The position numbers and the translations under genes were made by a program. The notes under the pieces were generated by a model, which was given only the letters and a program-made list of their open reading frames with translations, was not told the origin of the DNA and made no database searches. Positions 13,601 through 27,400 of a stretch of DNA of 64,000 bases are shown piece by piece (positions within the stretch are counted from its first letter, which is position 1; the number at the start of each line of letters is the position of its first letter). Source of the stretch: the human T2T-CHM13v2.0 reference genome, Homo sapiens; the NCBI RefSeq assembly GCF_009914755.1, contig NC_060933.1; one strand, given 5' to 3'.

Positions 13601-14740
13601 ATTCCATTGCATTCCATTGCATTCCATTCAATTCCATTCCGTTCCATTCCATTCCATTACATTCGGATTGATTCTATTCAACTCCCTTACCCTCCATTAC
13701 ATTCCATTCCATTCGGGTTGTTCCATTCCATTCCATTCCATTCCACTCCATTCCATTGCACTCGGGTTTATTCCATTCCATTCCATTCCATTCCATTCCA
13801 TTCCATTCCGGAAGATTCTATTCCATTGCATTCCATTCCATTCCATTCCCCTGCACTCGCGTTGATTCCATTCCATTCCATTCCATTCCATTCCATTCCA
13901 TTCCATTCCATTCCATTCCTTTCCGTTCCATTCCATTCCATTCCAATCCATTCCATTCCGTTCCGTTCCGTTCCATTCCATTCCATTCCATTCTATTCGG
14001 GTTAATTCCATTCCATTCCATTCGATTGCAATCGAGTTGATTCCATTCCATTCCATTCCATTCCATTCCATTCCATTCCATTCCTTTCCATTCCATTACG
14101 GATTATTCCACTCCATTGCATTCCATACCATTCCATTCCCCTATACTCGGGTTGATTCCATTCCATTCCATTCCAATCCATGCCATTCCACTCGTGTTGA
14201 TTCCATTCTTTCCATTCCATTCAAGTTGAATCCATTCCATTGCATTCCATTCCATTCGATTCCATTCGATTGCACTCGGGTTGATTCCATTCCATTGCAT
14301 TCCATTCCATTCCATTCCATTCCATTCCATTCCGTTCCATTCCATTTCATTACATTCAGATTGATTCTATTCAATTCCCTTACACTCCATTATATTCCAA
14401 TCCATTCTGGTTGTCTCCATTCCATTCCATTCCATTTCACTCCATTCCATTGCACTCGGGTTGATTCCATTCCATTCCATTCCATTGCATTCCATTCCAT
14501 TCCATTCCGGATGATTCCATTCCATTGCATTCCATTCCATTCCATTCCCCTGCACTCGGGTTTTTTCCATTCCATTACATTACATTACATTCCGTTCCAT
14601 TCCATTCCATTCCATTCGGATGGATTCTATTCAATTCCCTTACACTCCATTCCGTTCCATTCCATTCGGGTAGTTTCCATTCCATTCCATTCCATTCCTC
14701 TCCATTCCATTGCACTCGGGTTGATTCCATTCCATTCCAT
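9750..14740 (+). repeat. ~2.5-2.6 kb tandem duplication (about 9750-12250 and 12250-14740); third partial copy ~16250-17900
   Basis: Shared rare variants: cactcacgtt (10631/13101), attgaactcg (10981/13581/~17554), ctccattgcattccatacc..cctatactcgg (11471-11510/14111-14150), tacactccattccgttcc (12001/14641). Confidence 0.75.
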
Positions 14741-17700
14741 TCCATTCCATTCCATTCCATTCCATTCCATTCCATTCCATTCCATTCCATTCCTTTCCGT
14801 TCCATTCCATTCCATTCCAATCCATTCCATTCCGTTCCGTTCCGTTCCATTCCATTCCATTCCATTCTATTCGGGTTAATTCCATTTCATTCCATTCGAT
14901 TGCAATCGAGTTGATTCCATTCCATTCCATTCCATTCCATTCCATTCCTTTCCATTCCATTACGGATGATTCCATTCCATTGCATTCCATTCCATTCCAT
15001 TCCCCTGTACTCGGGTTGATTCCATTCCATTCCATTCCAATCCATGCCATTCCACTCGTGTTGATTCCATTCTTTCCATTCCATTCAAGTTGAATGCATT
15101 CCATTTCATTCCATTCCATTCCATTCCCCTGCAGTCGGGTTGTTTCCATTCCATTCCATCCCATTCCATTCCATTCCATTCCATTCCATTCCGTTCCGTT
15201 CCGTTCCGTTCCATTCCATTCCATTCCATTCTATTCGGGTTAATTCCATTCCATTCCATTAAATTCCATTCCATTCCAATCGAGTTGATTCCATTCCATT
15301 CCATTCCATTCCATTCCACTCCATTCCAGTCCTTTCCATTCCATTCCACTCGGCTTGATTCCAATGTATTCCTTTCCATTCCATTCCATTCCATTGCAAT
15401 CGAGTTGATTCCATTGCTTTGCATTCCATTCCATTCCATTCCATTCCGGATGATTCCATTCCATTGCATTCCATTCCATTCCATTCCCCTGCACTCGGGT
15501 TGATTCCATTCCTTTCCACTCCATTCCGTTCCATTCCATTCCATTGCATTGTATTCGGGTTAATTCCATTCCATTCCATTCCATTCCATTCCATTCCATT
15601 CCATTCCATTACAATCGAGTTGATTCCGTTCCATTCCATTCCATTCCAGTCCTTTCCATTCCATTCCTCTCGGGTTGATTCCATTCTATTAGTTTCCATT
15701 CCATTCCATTCCCTTGCATTCCACTCTGGTTGATTCCATTCCTTTCCATTCCACTCGAATACATTCCCTCCTATTCCACTCGGAACGATTCCATTCCATT
15801 CCATTCCATTCCATTCCATTCCATTCCATTCCATTTCGTTCCATTCCATTCTATTCCGTATCATTCCATTCCATTCCATTCCATTCCATTCCATTCCATT
15901 CCATTCCATTCCATTCCATTGTACTCGGGTTGATTCAATTCCATTGCATTCAATTCCATTCCATTCCATTCCATTCCGTTGCATTCCATTCCATTACATT
16001 CGGATTGATTCTATTCAACTCCCTTACTCTCCATTACATTCCATTCCATTCGCGTTGTTCCATTCCATTCCATTCCATTCCACTACATTCCATTGCACTC
16101 GGGTTGATTCCATTCCATTCCATTCCATTCCATTCCACTCCATTACATTACATTCCATTCCATTCCGTTCCATTGTACTCGGGTTGATTCCATTCCATTC
16201 CATTCCATTCCATTCCATTCCGTTCCATTCCATTCCATTCGGATTGATTCTATTCAACTCCCTTACACTCCATTACATTCCATTCCATTCGGGTTGTTCC
16301 ATTCCATTCCATTCCATTCCACTCCATTCCATTGCGCTCGGGTTGATTCCATTCCATTCCATTCCATTCCATTCCATTCCATTCCATTCCATTCCATTCC
16401 ATTCCGGATGATTCCATTCCATTGCATTCCGTTCCATTACATTCCCCTGCACTCGGGTTGATTCCATTCCATTCAATTCCATTCCATTCGATTCCATTCC
16501 ATTCCAATTCTTTCCATTCCATTCTATTCCGTACCATTCCATTCCATTCCATACAATTCCATTCCATTCCATTCCACTCCGTTCCGTTCCGTTCCGTTCT
16601 GTTCCGCTCCATTCCATTCCATTCCATTCTATTCGGTTTAATTCCATTCCATTCCATTCCATTCCATTCCATTCTATTGCATGCCATTGCAATCGAGTTG
16701 AATCCGTTGCATTGCATTCCATTCCATTCCGGAAAATTCCATTCCATTGCATTCCATTCCATTCCATTCCGTTCCATTCCATTCCATTACATTCGGATTG
16801 ATTCTTTTCAACTCCCTTACTCTCCATTACATTCCATTCCATTCGGGTTGTTCCATTCCATTCCATTCCATTCCACTCCATTCCATTGCACTCGGGTTGA
16901 TTCCATTCCATTCCATTCCATTCCATTCCATTCCGGAAGATTCCATTCCATTGCATTCCATTCCATTCCATTCCCCTGCACTCGCGTTGATTCCATTCCA
17001 TTCCATTCTATTCCATTCCATTCCCTTCCTTTCCGTTCCATTCCATTCCATTCCATTCCATTCCGTTCCGTTCCATTCCATTCCATTCCATTCTATTCGG
17101 GTTAATTCCATTCCATTCCATTCGATTGCAATCGAGTTGATTCCATTCCATTCCATTCCATTCCATTCCATTCCATTCCATTCCTTTCCATTCCATTACG
17201 GATGATTCCATTCCATTGCATTCCATTCCATTCCATTCCCCTGTACTCGGGTTGATTCCATTCCATTCCATTCCAATCCATGCCATTCCACTCGTGTTGA
17301 TTCCATTCTTTCCATTCCATTCAAGTTGAATCCATTCCATTGCATTCCATTCAATTCGATTCCATTCGATCGCACTCGGGTTGATTCCATTCCATTGCAT
17401 TCCATTCCATTCCATTCCATTCCTTTTCATTCCATTCCATTCCATTCCATTCCATTACATTCGGATTGATTCTATTCGATTCCCTTACACTGCATTACAT
17501 TCCATTCCATTCGGGTAGTTTCCATTCCATTCCATTCCATTCCTCTCCATTCCATTGAACTCGGGTTGATTCCATTCCATTGCATTCCATTCCATTCCAT
17601 TCAATTCCATTCCGTTCCATTCCATTCCATTACATTCGGATTGATTCTATTCAACTCCCTTACTCTCCATTCCATTCCATTCCATTCGGGTTGTTCCATT

Positions 17701-20700
17701 CCATTCCATTCCATTCCACTCCATTCCATTGCACTCGGGTTTATTCCATTCCATTCCATTCCATTCCATTCCATTCCAATCCATTCCGGAAGATTCCATT
17801 CCATTGCATTCCATTCCATTCCATTCCACTGCACTCGCGTTGATTCCATTCCATTCCATTCCATTCCATTCCATTCCATTCATTTTCGTTCCATTCCATT
17901 CCATTCCATTCCATTCCATTCCAGTCCATTCCATTCCGTTCCGTTCCGTTCCATTCCATTCCATTCAATTCTATTCGGGTTAATTCCATTCCATTCCATT
18001 CGATTGCAATGGAGTTGATTCCATTCCATTCCATTCCATTCCATTCCATTCCATTCCTTTCCATTCCATTACGGATGATTCCGTTCCATTGCATTCCATT
18101 CCATTCCATTCCCCTGTACTCGGGTTGATTCCATTCCATTCCATTCCAATTCCTGCCATTCCACTCGTGTTGATTCCATTCTTTCCATTGCATTCAACTT
18201 GAATCCATTCCATTGCATTCCATTCCGTTCCATTCCCCTGCAGTCGGGTTGTTTCCATTCCATTCCATTCCATTCCATTCCATTCCATTCCATTCCGTTC
18301 CATTCCATTCCATTCCATTCTATTCGGGTTAATTCCATTCCATTCCATTCCATTCAAATCGAGTTGATTCCATTCCATTCCATTCCATTCCATTCCACTC
18401 CATTCCAGTCCTTTCCATTCCATTCCACTCGGGTTGATCCCAATGTATTCCTTTCCATTCCATTCCATTCCATTGCAATCGAGTTGATTCCATTGCTTTG
18501 CATTCCATTCCATTCCATTCCATTCCGGATGATTCCATTCCATTGCATTCCATTCCATTCCATTCCCCTGCACTCGGGTTGATTCCATTCCATTCCACTC
18601 CATTCCGTTCCATTCCATTCCATTCCATTGTATTCGGGTTAATTCCATTCCATTCCATTCCATTCCATTCCATTCCATTACAATCGAGTTAATTCCATTC
18701 CATTCCATTCCATTCCATTCCATTCCATTCCATTCCATTCCAGTCCTTTCCATTCCATTCCACTACGGTTGATTCCATTCTATTAGTTTCCATTCCATTC
18801 CCTTCCCTTCCATTCCACTCTGGTTGATTCCATTCCTTTCCATTCCACTCGAATACATTCCCTCCTATTACACTCGGAACGATTCCATTCCATTCCATTC
18901 CATTCCATTCCATTCCATTCCACTCCATTTCGTTCCATTCCATTCTATTCAGTATCATTCCATTCCATTCCATTCCATTCCATTCCATTCCACTCGTGTT
19001 GATTCCATACCTTTCCATTCCATTCGGTTTGAAGGCATTCCATTCCATTCCATTCCATTACATTCCATTCCATTCCATTCCATTGTACTCGGGTTGATTG
19101 CATTCCATTGCATTCCATTCCATTCCATTCCGTTGCATTCCATTCCATTACATTCGGAATGATTCTATTCAACTCCCTTACTCTCCATTACATTCCATTC
19201 CATTCGGGTTGTTGCATTCCATTCCATTCCATTCCACTCCATTCCATTGCACTCGGGTTGATTCCATTCCATTCCATTCCATTCCATTCCATTCCGGATG
19301 ATTCCATTCCATTGCATTCCGTTCCATTACATTCCCCTGCACTCGCGTTGATTCCATTCCATTCCATTGAATTCCATTCCATTACAATTCGTTACATTCC
19401 ATTCTATTCCGTACCATTCCATTCCATTCCATACCATTCCATTCCATTCCATTCCATTCCGTTCCATTGCATTCCATTCCATTCTATTCGGGTTAATTCC
19501 ATTCCATTCCATTCCATTCCATTCCATTCCATTCCGTTCCATTCTATTCCATTCCATTGCAATCGAGTTGAATCCATTGCCTTTCATTCCATTCCATTCC
19601 ATTCCATTCCATTCCGGAAGATTCCATTCCATTGCATTCCATTCCATTCCATTCCCCTGCACTCGCGTTGATTCCATTCCATTCCATTCCATTCCATTCC
19701 GTTCCGTTCCATTCCATTCCATTCCATTCCATTCCATTCCATTCCATTCCTTTCCGTTCCATTCCATTCCATTCCATTCTATTCGGGTTAATACCATTCC
19801 ATTCCATTCGATTGCCATCGAGTTGATTCCATTCCATTCCATTCCATTCCATTCCATTCCATTCCTTTCCATTCCATTACGGATGACTCCATTCCATTGC
19901 ATTCCATTCCATTCCATTCCCCTGCACTCGCGTTGATTGCATTCCATTCCATTCTATTCCATTCCGTTCCGTTCCATTCCATTCCATTCTATTCCGTTCC
20001 GTTCCATTCCATTCCATTCCATTCTATTCGGGTTAGTTCCATTCCATTCCATTCCATTCCCATCGAGTTGATTCCATTCCATTCCATTCCATTCCATTCC
20101 ATTCCATTCCATTCCTTTCCATTCCATTACGGATGACTCCATTCCATTCCATTCCATTCCATTCCATTCCATTCTATTCCATTCCATTGCAATCGAGTTG
20201 AATCCATTGCCTTTCATTCCATTCCATTCCATTCCATTCCATTCCGTTCCGTTCCATTCCATTCCATTCCATTCCATTCCATTCCGTTCCGTTCCATTCC
20301 ATTCCATTCCATTCTATTCGGGTTAATTCCATTCCATTCCATTCGATTGCCATCGAGTTGATTCCATTCCATTCCATTCCATTCCATTCCATTCCATTCC
20401 ATTCCTTTCCATTCCATTATGGATGACTCCATTCCATTGCATTCCATTCCATTCCATTCCCGTGTACTCGGGTTGATTCCATTCCATTCCATTCCACTCC
20501 ATTCGGTTCCGTTGCATTCCATTCTATTGCATTCCATTCTATTCGGGTTAATTGCATTCCATTCTATTCCATTCCATTCCATTCCATTCCATTGCAATGG
20601 AGTTGATTCCATTCCATTCCATTCCATTCCAGATGATTCCATTCCATTGCATTCCATTCCATTCCATTCCCCTGCACTCGTGTTGATTCCATTCCCTTCC

Positions 20701-23700
20701 ATTCCATTACATTCCGTTCCATTCCATTCCATTCCATTCTATTCCGGTTAATTCCATTCCATTCCATTCCAATCCATTCCATTGCAATCGAGTTGATTCC
20801 ATTCCATTCCTTTCCATTCCATTCCATTGCCTTGCATTCCACTCGGGTTGATTCCATTCCCTTTTTTCCACTCCATTACATTCCCTTCCATTCCACTCGG
20901 AATGATTGATTCCATTCCATTCCATTCCATTTCATTCCATTGCAATCCATTCCAATCCATTCCATTCCATTCCATTCCACTCGAGTTGACTTCATTCCAT
21001 TCCTTTCCATTCAATTCCATTCGTTTCCACTCGAGTTGATTCCATTCCATTCCATTCCATTGCATTCCATTCCATGCCATTCCACTCGGGATGATTCCAT
21101 TCCTTTCCATTCCATTCCATTCCATTCCATTGCATTCCATTCCATTCCATTCCGTTGCATTCCATTCCATTACATTCGGATTGATTCTATTCAACTCCCT
21201 TACTGTCCATTACATTCCATTCCATTCGGGTTGTTCCATTCCATTCCATTCCATTCCATTCCACTCCATTCCATTGCACTCGGGTTGATTCCATTCCATT
21301 CTATTCCATTCCATTCCATTCCGGATGATTCCATTCCATTGCATTCCGTTCCTTTACATTCCCCTGCACTCGCGTTGATTCCATTCCATTCCATTCCATT
21401 CCATTCAATTCCATTCCATTACAATTCGTTCCATTCCATTCTATTCCGTATCATTCCATTCCATTCCACACCATTCCATTCCATTCCATTCCATTCCATT
21501 CCATTCCATTCCATTCCGTTCCATTCCGTTCCATTCCATTCCATTCTATTCGGGTTAATTCCATTCCATTCCATTCCATTCCATTCCATTCCATTCCGTT
21601 CCGTTCCATTCCGTTCCATTCCATTCCATTCCATTCCATTCCATTCCGTTCCGTTCCATTCCATTCCATTCCATTCTATTCGGGTTAATTGCTTTCCATT
21701 CCATTCGATTGCAATCGTGTTGATTCCATTCCATTCCATTCCATTCCATTCCATTCCTTTCTATTCCATTACGGATGATTCCATTCCATTGCATTCCATT
21801 CCATTCCATTACCCTGTACTCGGGTTGATTCCATTCCATTGCATTCCAATCCATGCCCTACCACTCGTGTTGATTCCATTCTTTCCATTCCATTCAAGTT
21901 GAATCCATTCCATTGCATTCCATTCCATTCGATTCCATTCGATTGCACTCGGGTTGATTCCGTTCCATTGCATTCCATTCCATTCCATTCCATTCCATTC
22001 CGTTCCATTCCATTCCATTACATTCGGATTGATTCTATTCAATTCCCTTACACTCCATTACATTCCATTCCATTCGGGTAGTTTCCATTCCATTCCATTC
22101 CATTCCTCTCCATTCCATTGCACTCGGGTTGATTCCATTCCATTGCATTCCATTCCATTCCATTCAATTCCATTCCATTCCATTTTATTCCGTTACATTC
22201 GGATTGATTCTATTCAACTCCCTTACTCTCCATTACATTCCATTCCATTCGGGCTGTTCCATTCCATTCCATTCCATTCCACTCCCTTCCATTGCACTCG
22301 GGTTTATTCCATTCCATTCCATTCCATTCCATTCCATTCCATTCCATTCCGGAAGATTCCATTCCATTGCATTCCATTCCATTCCATTCCCCTGCACTCG
22401 CGTTGATTCCATTCCATTCCATTCCATTCCGTTCCATTCCATTCCATTCCATTCCTTTCCGTTCCGTTCCATTCCATTCCATTCCATTCCATTCCATTCC
22501 ATTCCATTCCGTTCCATTCCGTTCCATTCCATTCCATTCCATTCTATTCGGGTTAATTCCATTCTATTCCATTCCATTCCATTCCATTCCAGTCGAGTTG
22601 ATTCCATTCCATTCCACTCCATTCCATTCAACTCCATTCCAGTCCTTTCCATTCCATTTCACTCGGGTTGATTCCAATGTATTCCTTTCCATTCCATTCC
22701 ATTCCTTTCCATTCCACTCGAATACATTCCCTCCTATTCCACTCGGAACGATTCCATTCCATTCCATTCCATTCCATTCCATTCCATTCCATTCCATTCC
22801 ATTCCATTTCGTTCCATTCCATTCTATTCCGTATCATTCCATTCCATTCCATTCCATTCCATTCCATTCCATTCCATTGCATTCCACTCATGTTGATTCC
22901 ATTCCTTTCCATTCCATTCGGTTTGAAGGCATTCCATTCCATTCCATTCCATTCCATTCCATTCCATTCCATTCCATTCCATTGTACTCGTGTTGATTGC
23001 ATTCCATTGCATTCCATTTCATTCCATTCCATTCCATTCCGTTGCATTCCATTCCATTACATTCGGATTGATTCTATTCAACTCCCTTACTCTCCATTAC
23101 ATTCCATTCCATTCGAGGTGTTCCATTCCATTCCATTCCATTCCACTCCATTCCATTGCACTCGGGTTGATTCCATTCCATTCCATTCCATTCCATTCCA
23201 TTCCGGATGATTCCATTCCATTGCATTCCGTTCCATTACATTCCCCTGCACTCGCGTTGATTCCATTCCATTCCATTCCATTCCATTCAATTCCATTCCA
23301 TTACAATTCGTTCCATTCCATTCTATTCCGTACCATTCCATTCCATTCCATACCATTCCATTCCATTCCATTCCATTCCATTCCATTCCATTCCAATCCG
23401 TTCCGTTCCATTCCGTTCCATTCCATTCCATTCCATTCTATTCGGGTTAATTCCATTCCATTCCATTCCATCCCATTCTATTACATTCCATTGCAATCGA
23501 GTTGAATCCATTGCATTTCATTCCATTCCATTCCATTCCATTCCATTCCATTCCGGAAGATTCCATTCCATTGCATTCCATTCCATTCCATTCCCCTTCA
23601 CTCGCGTTGATTCCATTCCATTCCATTGCATTCCATTCCATTCCCCTGCACTCGCGTTGATTCCATTCCATTCCATTCCATTCCATTCCTTTCCATTCCA

Positions 23701-24409
23701 TTCCATTCCGTTCCTTTACATTCCATTCCATTCCATTCCATTCCGTTCCGTTCCATTCCATTCCATTCCATTCTATTCGGGTTAATTCCATTCCATTCCA
23801 TTCGATTGCAATCGTGTTGATTCCATTCCATTCCATTCCATTCCATTCCATTCCATTCCATTCCATTCCATTCCTTTCCATTCTATTACGGATGATTCCA
23901 TTCCATTGCATTCCATTCCATTCCATTCCCCTGTACTCGGGTTGATTCCATTCCATTGCATTCCAATCCACGCCCTTCCACTCGTGTTGATTCCATTCTT
24001 TCCATTCCATTCAAGTTGAATCCATTCCATTGCATTCCATTCCATTCGATTCCATTCGATTGCACTCGGGTTGATTCCATTCCATTGCATTCCATTCCAT
24101 TCCATTCCATTCCATTCCATTCCGTTCCATTCCATTCCATTACATTCGGATTGATTCTATTCAATTCCCTTACACTCCATTACATTCCATTCCATTCTGG
24201 TTCTTCCATTCCATTCCATTCCATTCCACTCCATTCCATTGCACTCGGGTTTATTCCATTCCATTCCATTCCTTTCCATTCCATTCCATTCCATTCCATT
24301 CCGGAAGATTCCATTCCATTGCATTCCATTCCATTCCATTCCCCTGCACTCGCTTTGATTCCATTCCATTCCATTCCATTCCATTCCATTCCATTCCGTT
24401 CCATTCCTT

Positions 24410-27400
24410 TCCGTTCCATTCCATTCCATTCCATTCCGTTCCATTCCATTCCATTCCATTCCATTCTATTCGGATTAATTCCATTCCATTCCATTCGATT
24501 TCAAACGAGTTGATTCCATTCCATTCCATTCCATTCCATTCCATTCCATTCCATTCCTTTCCATTCCATTACAGATGATTCCATTCCATTGCATTCCATT
24601 CCATTCCATTCCCCTCTACCCGGGTTGACTCCATTCCATTCCATTCAAATCCATGCCATTCCACTCGTGTTGATTCCATTCTTTCCATTCCATTCAAGAT
24701 GAATCCAATCCATTGCATTCCATTCCATTCCATTCCCCTGCAGTCGGGTTGATTCAATTCCATTCCATTCCATTCCATTCCATTCCATTCCATTCCGTTC
24801 CGTTCCGTTCCGTTCCATTCCATTCCATTCCATTCTATTCGGGTTAATTCCATTCCATTCCATTCCATTCCAATCGAGTTGATTCCATTCCATTCCATTC
24901 CATTCCATTCCACTCCAATCCAGTCCTTTCCACTCCATTCCACTCGTGTTGATTCCAATGTATTCCTTTCCATTCCATTCCATTCCTTTGCAATCGAGTT
25001 GATTCCATTGCTTTGCATTCCATTCCATTCCATTCCATTCCGGATGATTCCATTCCATTGCATTCCATTCCATTCCATTCCCCTGCACTCGGGTTGATTC
25101 CATTCCATTCCACTGCATTCCGTTCCATTCCATTCCATTCCATTGTATTCGGGTTAATTCCATTGCATTCCATTCAATTCCATTCCATTCCATTCCATTC
25201 CATTCCATTCCATTACAATCGAGTTGATTCCATTCCATTCCATTCCATTCCATTCCATTCTAGTCCTTTCCATTCCATTCCACTCGGGTTGATTCCATTC
25301 TATTAGTTTCCATTCCATTCCATTCCCTTCCATTCCACTCTGGTTGATTCCATTCCTTTCCATTCCACTCGAATACATTCCCTCCTATTCCACTCGGAAC
25401 GATTCCATTCCATTCCATTCCATTCCAGTTCGTTCCATTCCGTTCTATTCCGTACCATTCCATTCCATTCCATTCCTTTCCATTCCATTCCTTTCCACTC
25501 GTGTTGATTCCATTCCTTTCCATTCCATTCGGTTTGAAGGCATTCCATTCCATTCAATTCCATTCCATTCCATTCCATTCCATTCCATTCCATTCTATTC
25601 CATTCCATTGCAATCGAGTTGAATCCATTGCCTTTCATTCCATTCCATTCCGGAATATTCCATTCCATTGCATTCCATTCCATTCCATTCCCCTTCACTC
25701 GCGTTGATTCCATTCCATTCCATTCCTTTCCATTCCGTTCTGTTCCATTCCATTCCATTCCATTCCATTCCATTCCGTTCCGTTCCATTCCATTCCATTC
25801 CATTCTATTCGGGTTAATTCCATTCCATTCCATTCGATTGCCATCGAGTTGATTCCATTCCATTCCATTCCATTGCATTCCATTCCATTCCATTCCATTC
25901 CTCTCCATTCCATTACGGATGACTCCATTCCATTGCATTCCATTCCATTCCATTCCCCTGTACTCGGGTTGATTCCATTCCATTCCATTCCACTCCATTC
26001 GGTTCCGTTGCATTCCATTCTATTGCATTCCATCTATTCGGGTTAATTCCATTCCATTCTATTCCATTCCATTCCATTCCATTCCATTCCATTGCAATGG
26101 AGTTGATTCCATTCCATTCAATTCCATTCCATTCCATTCCAGATGATTCCATTCCATTGCATTCCATTCCATTCCATTCCCCTGCCCTCGTGTTGATTCC
26201 ATTCCCTTCCATTCCATTCCATTCCATTCCGTTCCATTCCATTCCATTCCATTCTATTCCGGTTAATTCCATTCCATTCCATTCCATTCCATTCCATTCC
26301 ATTGCAATCGAGTTGATTCCATTCCATTCCTTTCCATTCCATTCCATTGCCTTGCATTCCACTCGGGTTGATTCCATTCCCTTCTTTCCACTCCATTACA
26401 TTCCCTTCCATGATTGATTCCATTCTATTCCATTCCATTTCATTCCATTGCAATCCATTCCAATCCTTTCCATTCCATTCCATTCCTTTCCACTCGAGTT
26501 GATTCCATTCCATTCCAATCCATTGCATTCCATTCCATGCCATTCCACTCGGGTTGATTCCATTCCTTTGCATTCCATTCCATTCCATTCCATTCCATTC
26601 CATTCCATTCCATTCCATTCCATTCCGTTGCATTCCATTCCATTACATTCGGATTGATTCTATTCAACTCCCTTACTCTCCATTCCATTCCATTCCATTC
26701 GGGTTGTTCCTTTCCATTCCATTCCATTCCACTCCATTCTATTGCACTCGGGTTGATTCCATTCCATTCCATTCCATTCCATTCCGGATGATTCCATTCC
26801 ATTGCATTCCGTTCCATTACATTCCCCTGCACTTGCGTTGATTCCATTCCATTCCATTCCATTCCATTCAACTCCATTCCATTACAATTCGTTCCATTCC
26901 ATTCTATTCCGTACCATTCCATTCCATTCCATACCATTCCATTCCATTCCATTCCATTCCATTCCATTCCATTCCGTTCCATTCCGTTCCATTCCATTCC
27001 ATTCCATTCTATTCGAGTTAATTCCATTCCATTCCATTACATTCCATTCCATTCCATTCCATTCCGTTCCTTTCCATTCCATTACATTCGGATTGATTCT
27101 ATTCAATTCCCTTACACTCCATTACATTCCATTCCATTCGGGTAGTTTCCATTCCATTCCATTCCATTCCTCTCCATTCCATTGGACTCGGGTTGATTCC
27201 ATTCCATTGCATTCCATTCCATTCCATTCAATTCCATTCCGTTCCATTCCATTCAATTATATTCGGATTGATTCTATTCAACTCCCTTAGTCTCCATTAC
27301 ATTCAATTCCATTCGGGTTGTTCCATTCCATTCCATTCCATTCCACTCCATTCCATTGCACTCGGGTTGATTCCATTCCATTCCATTCCATTCCATTCAA

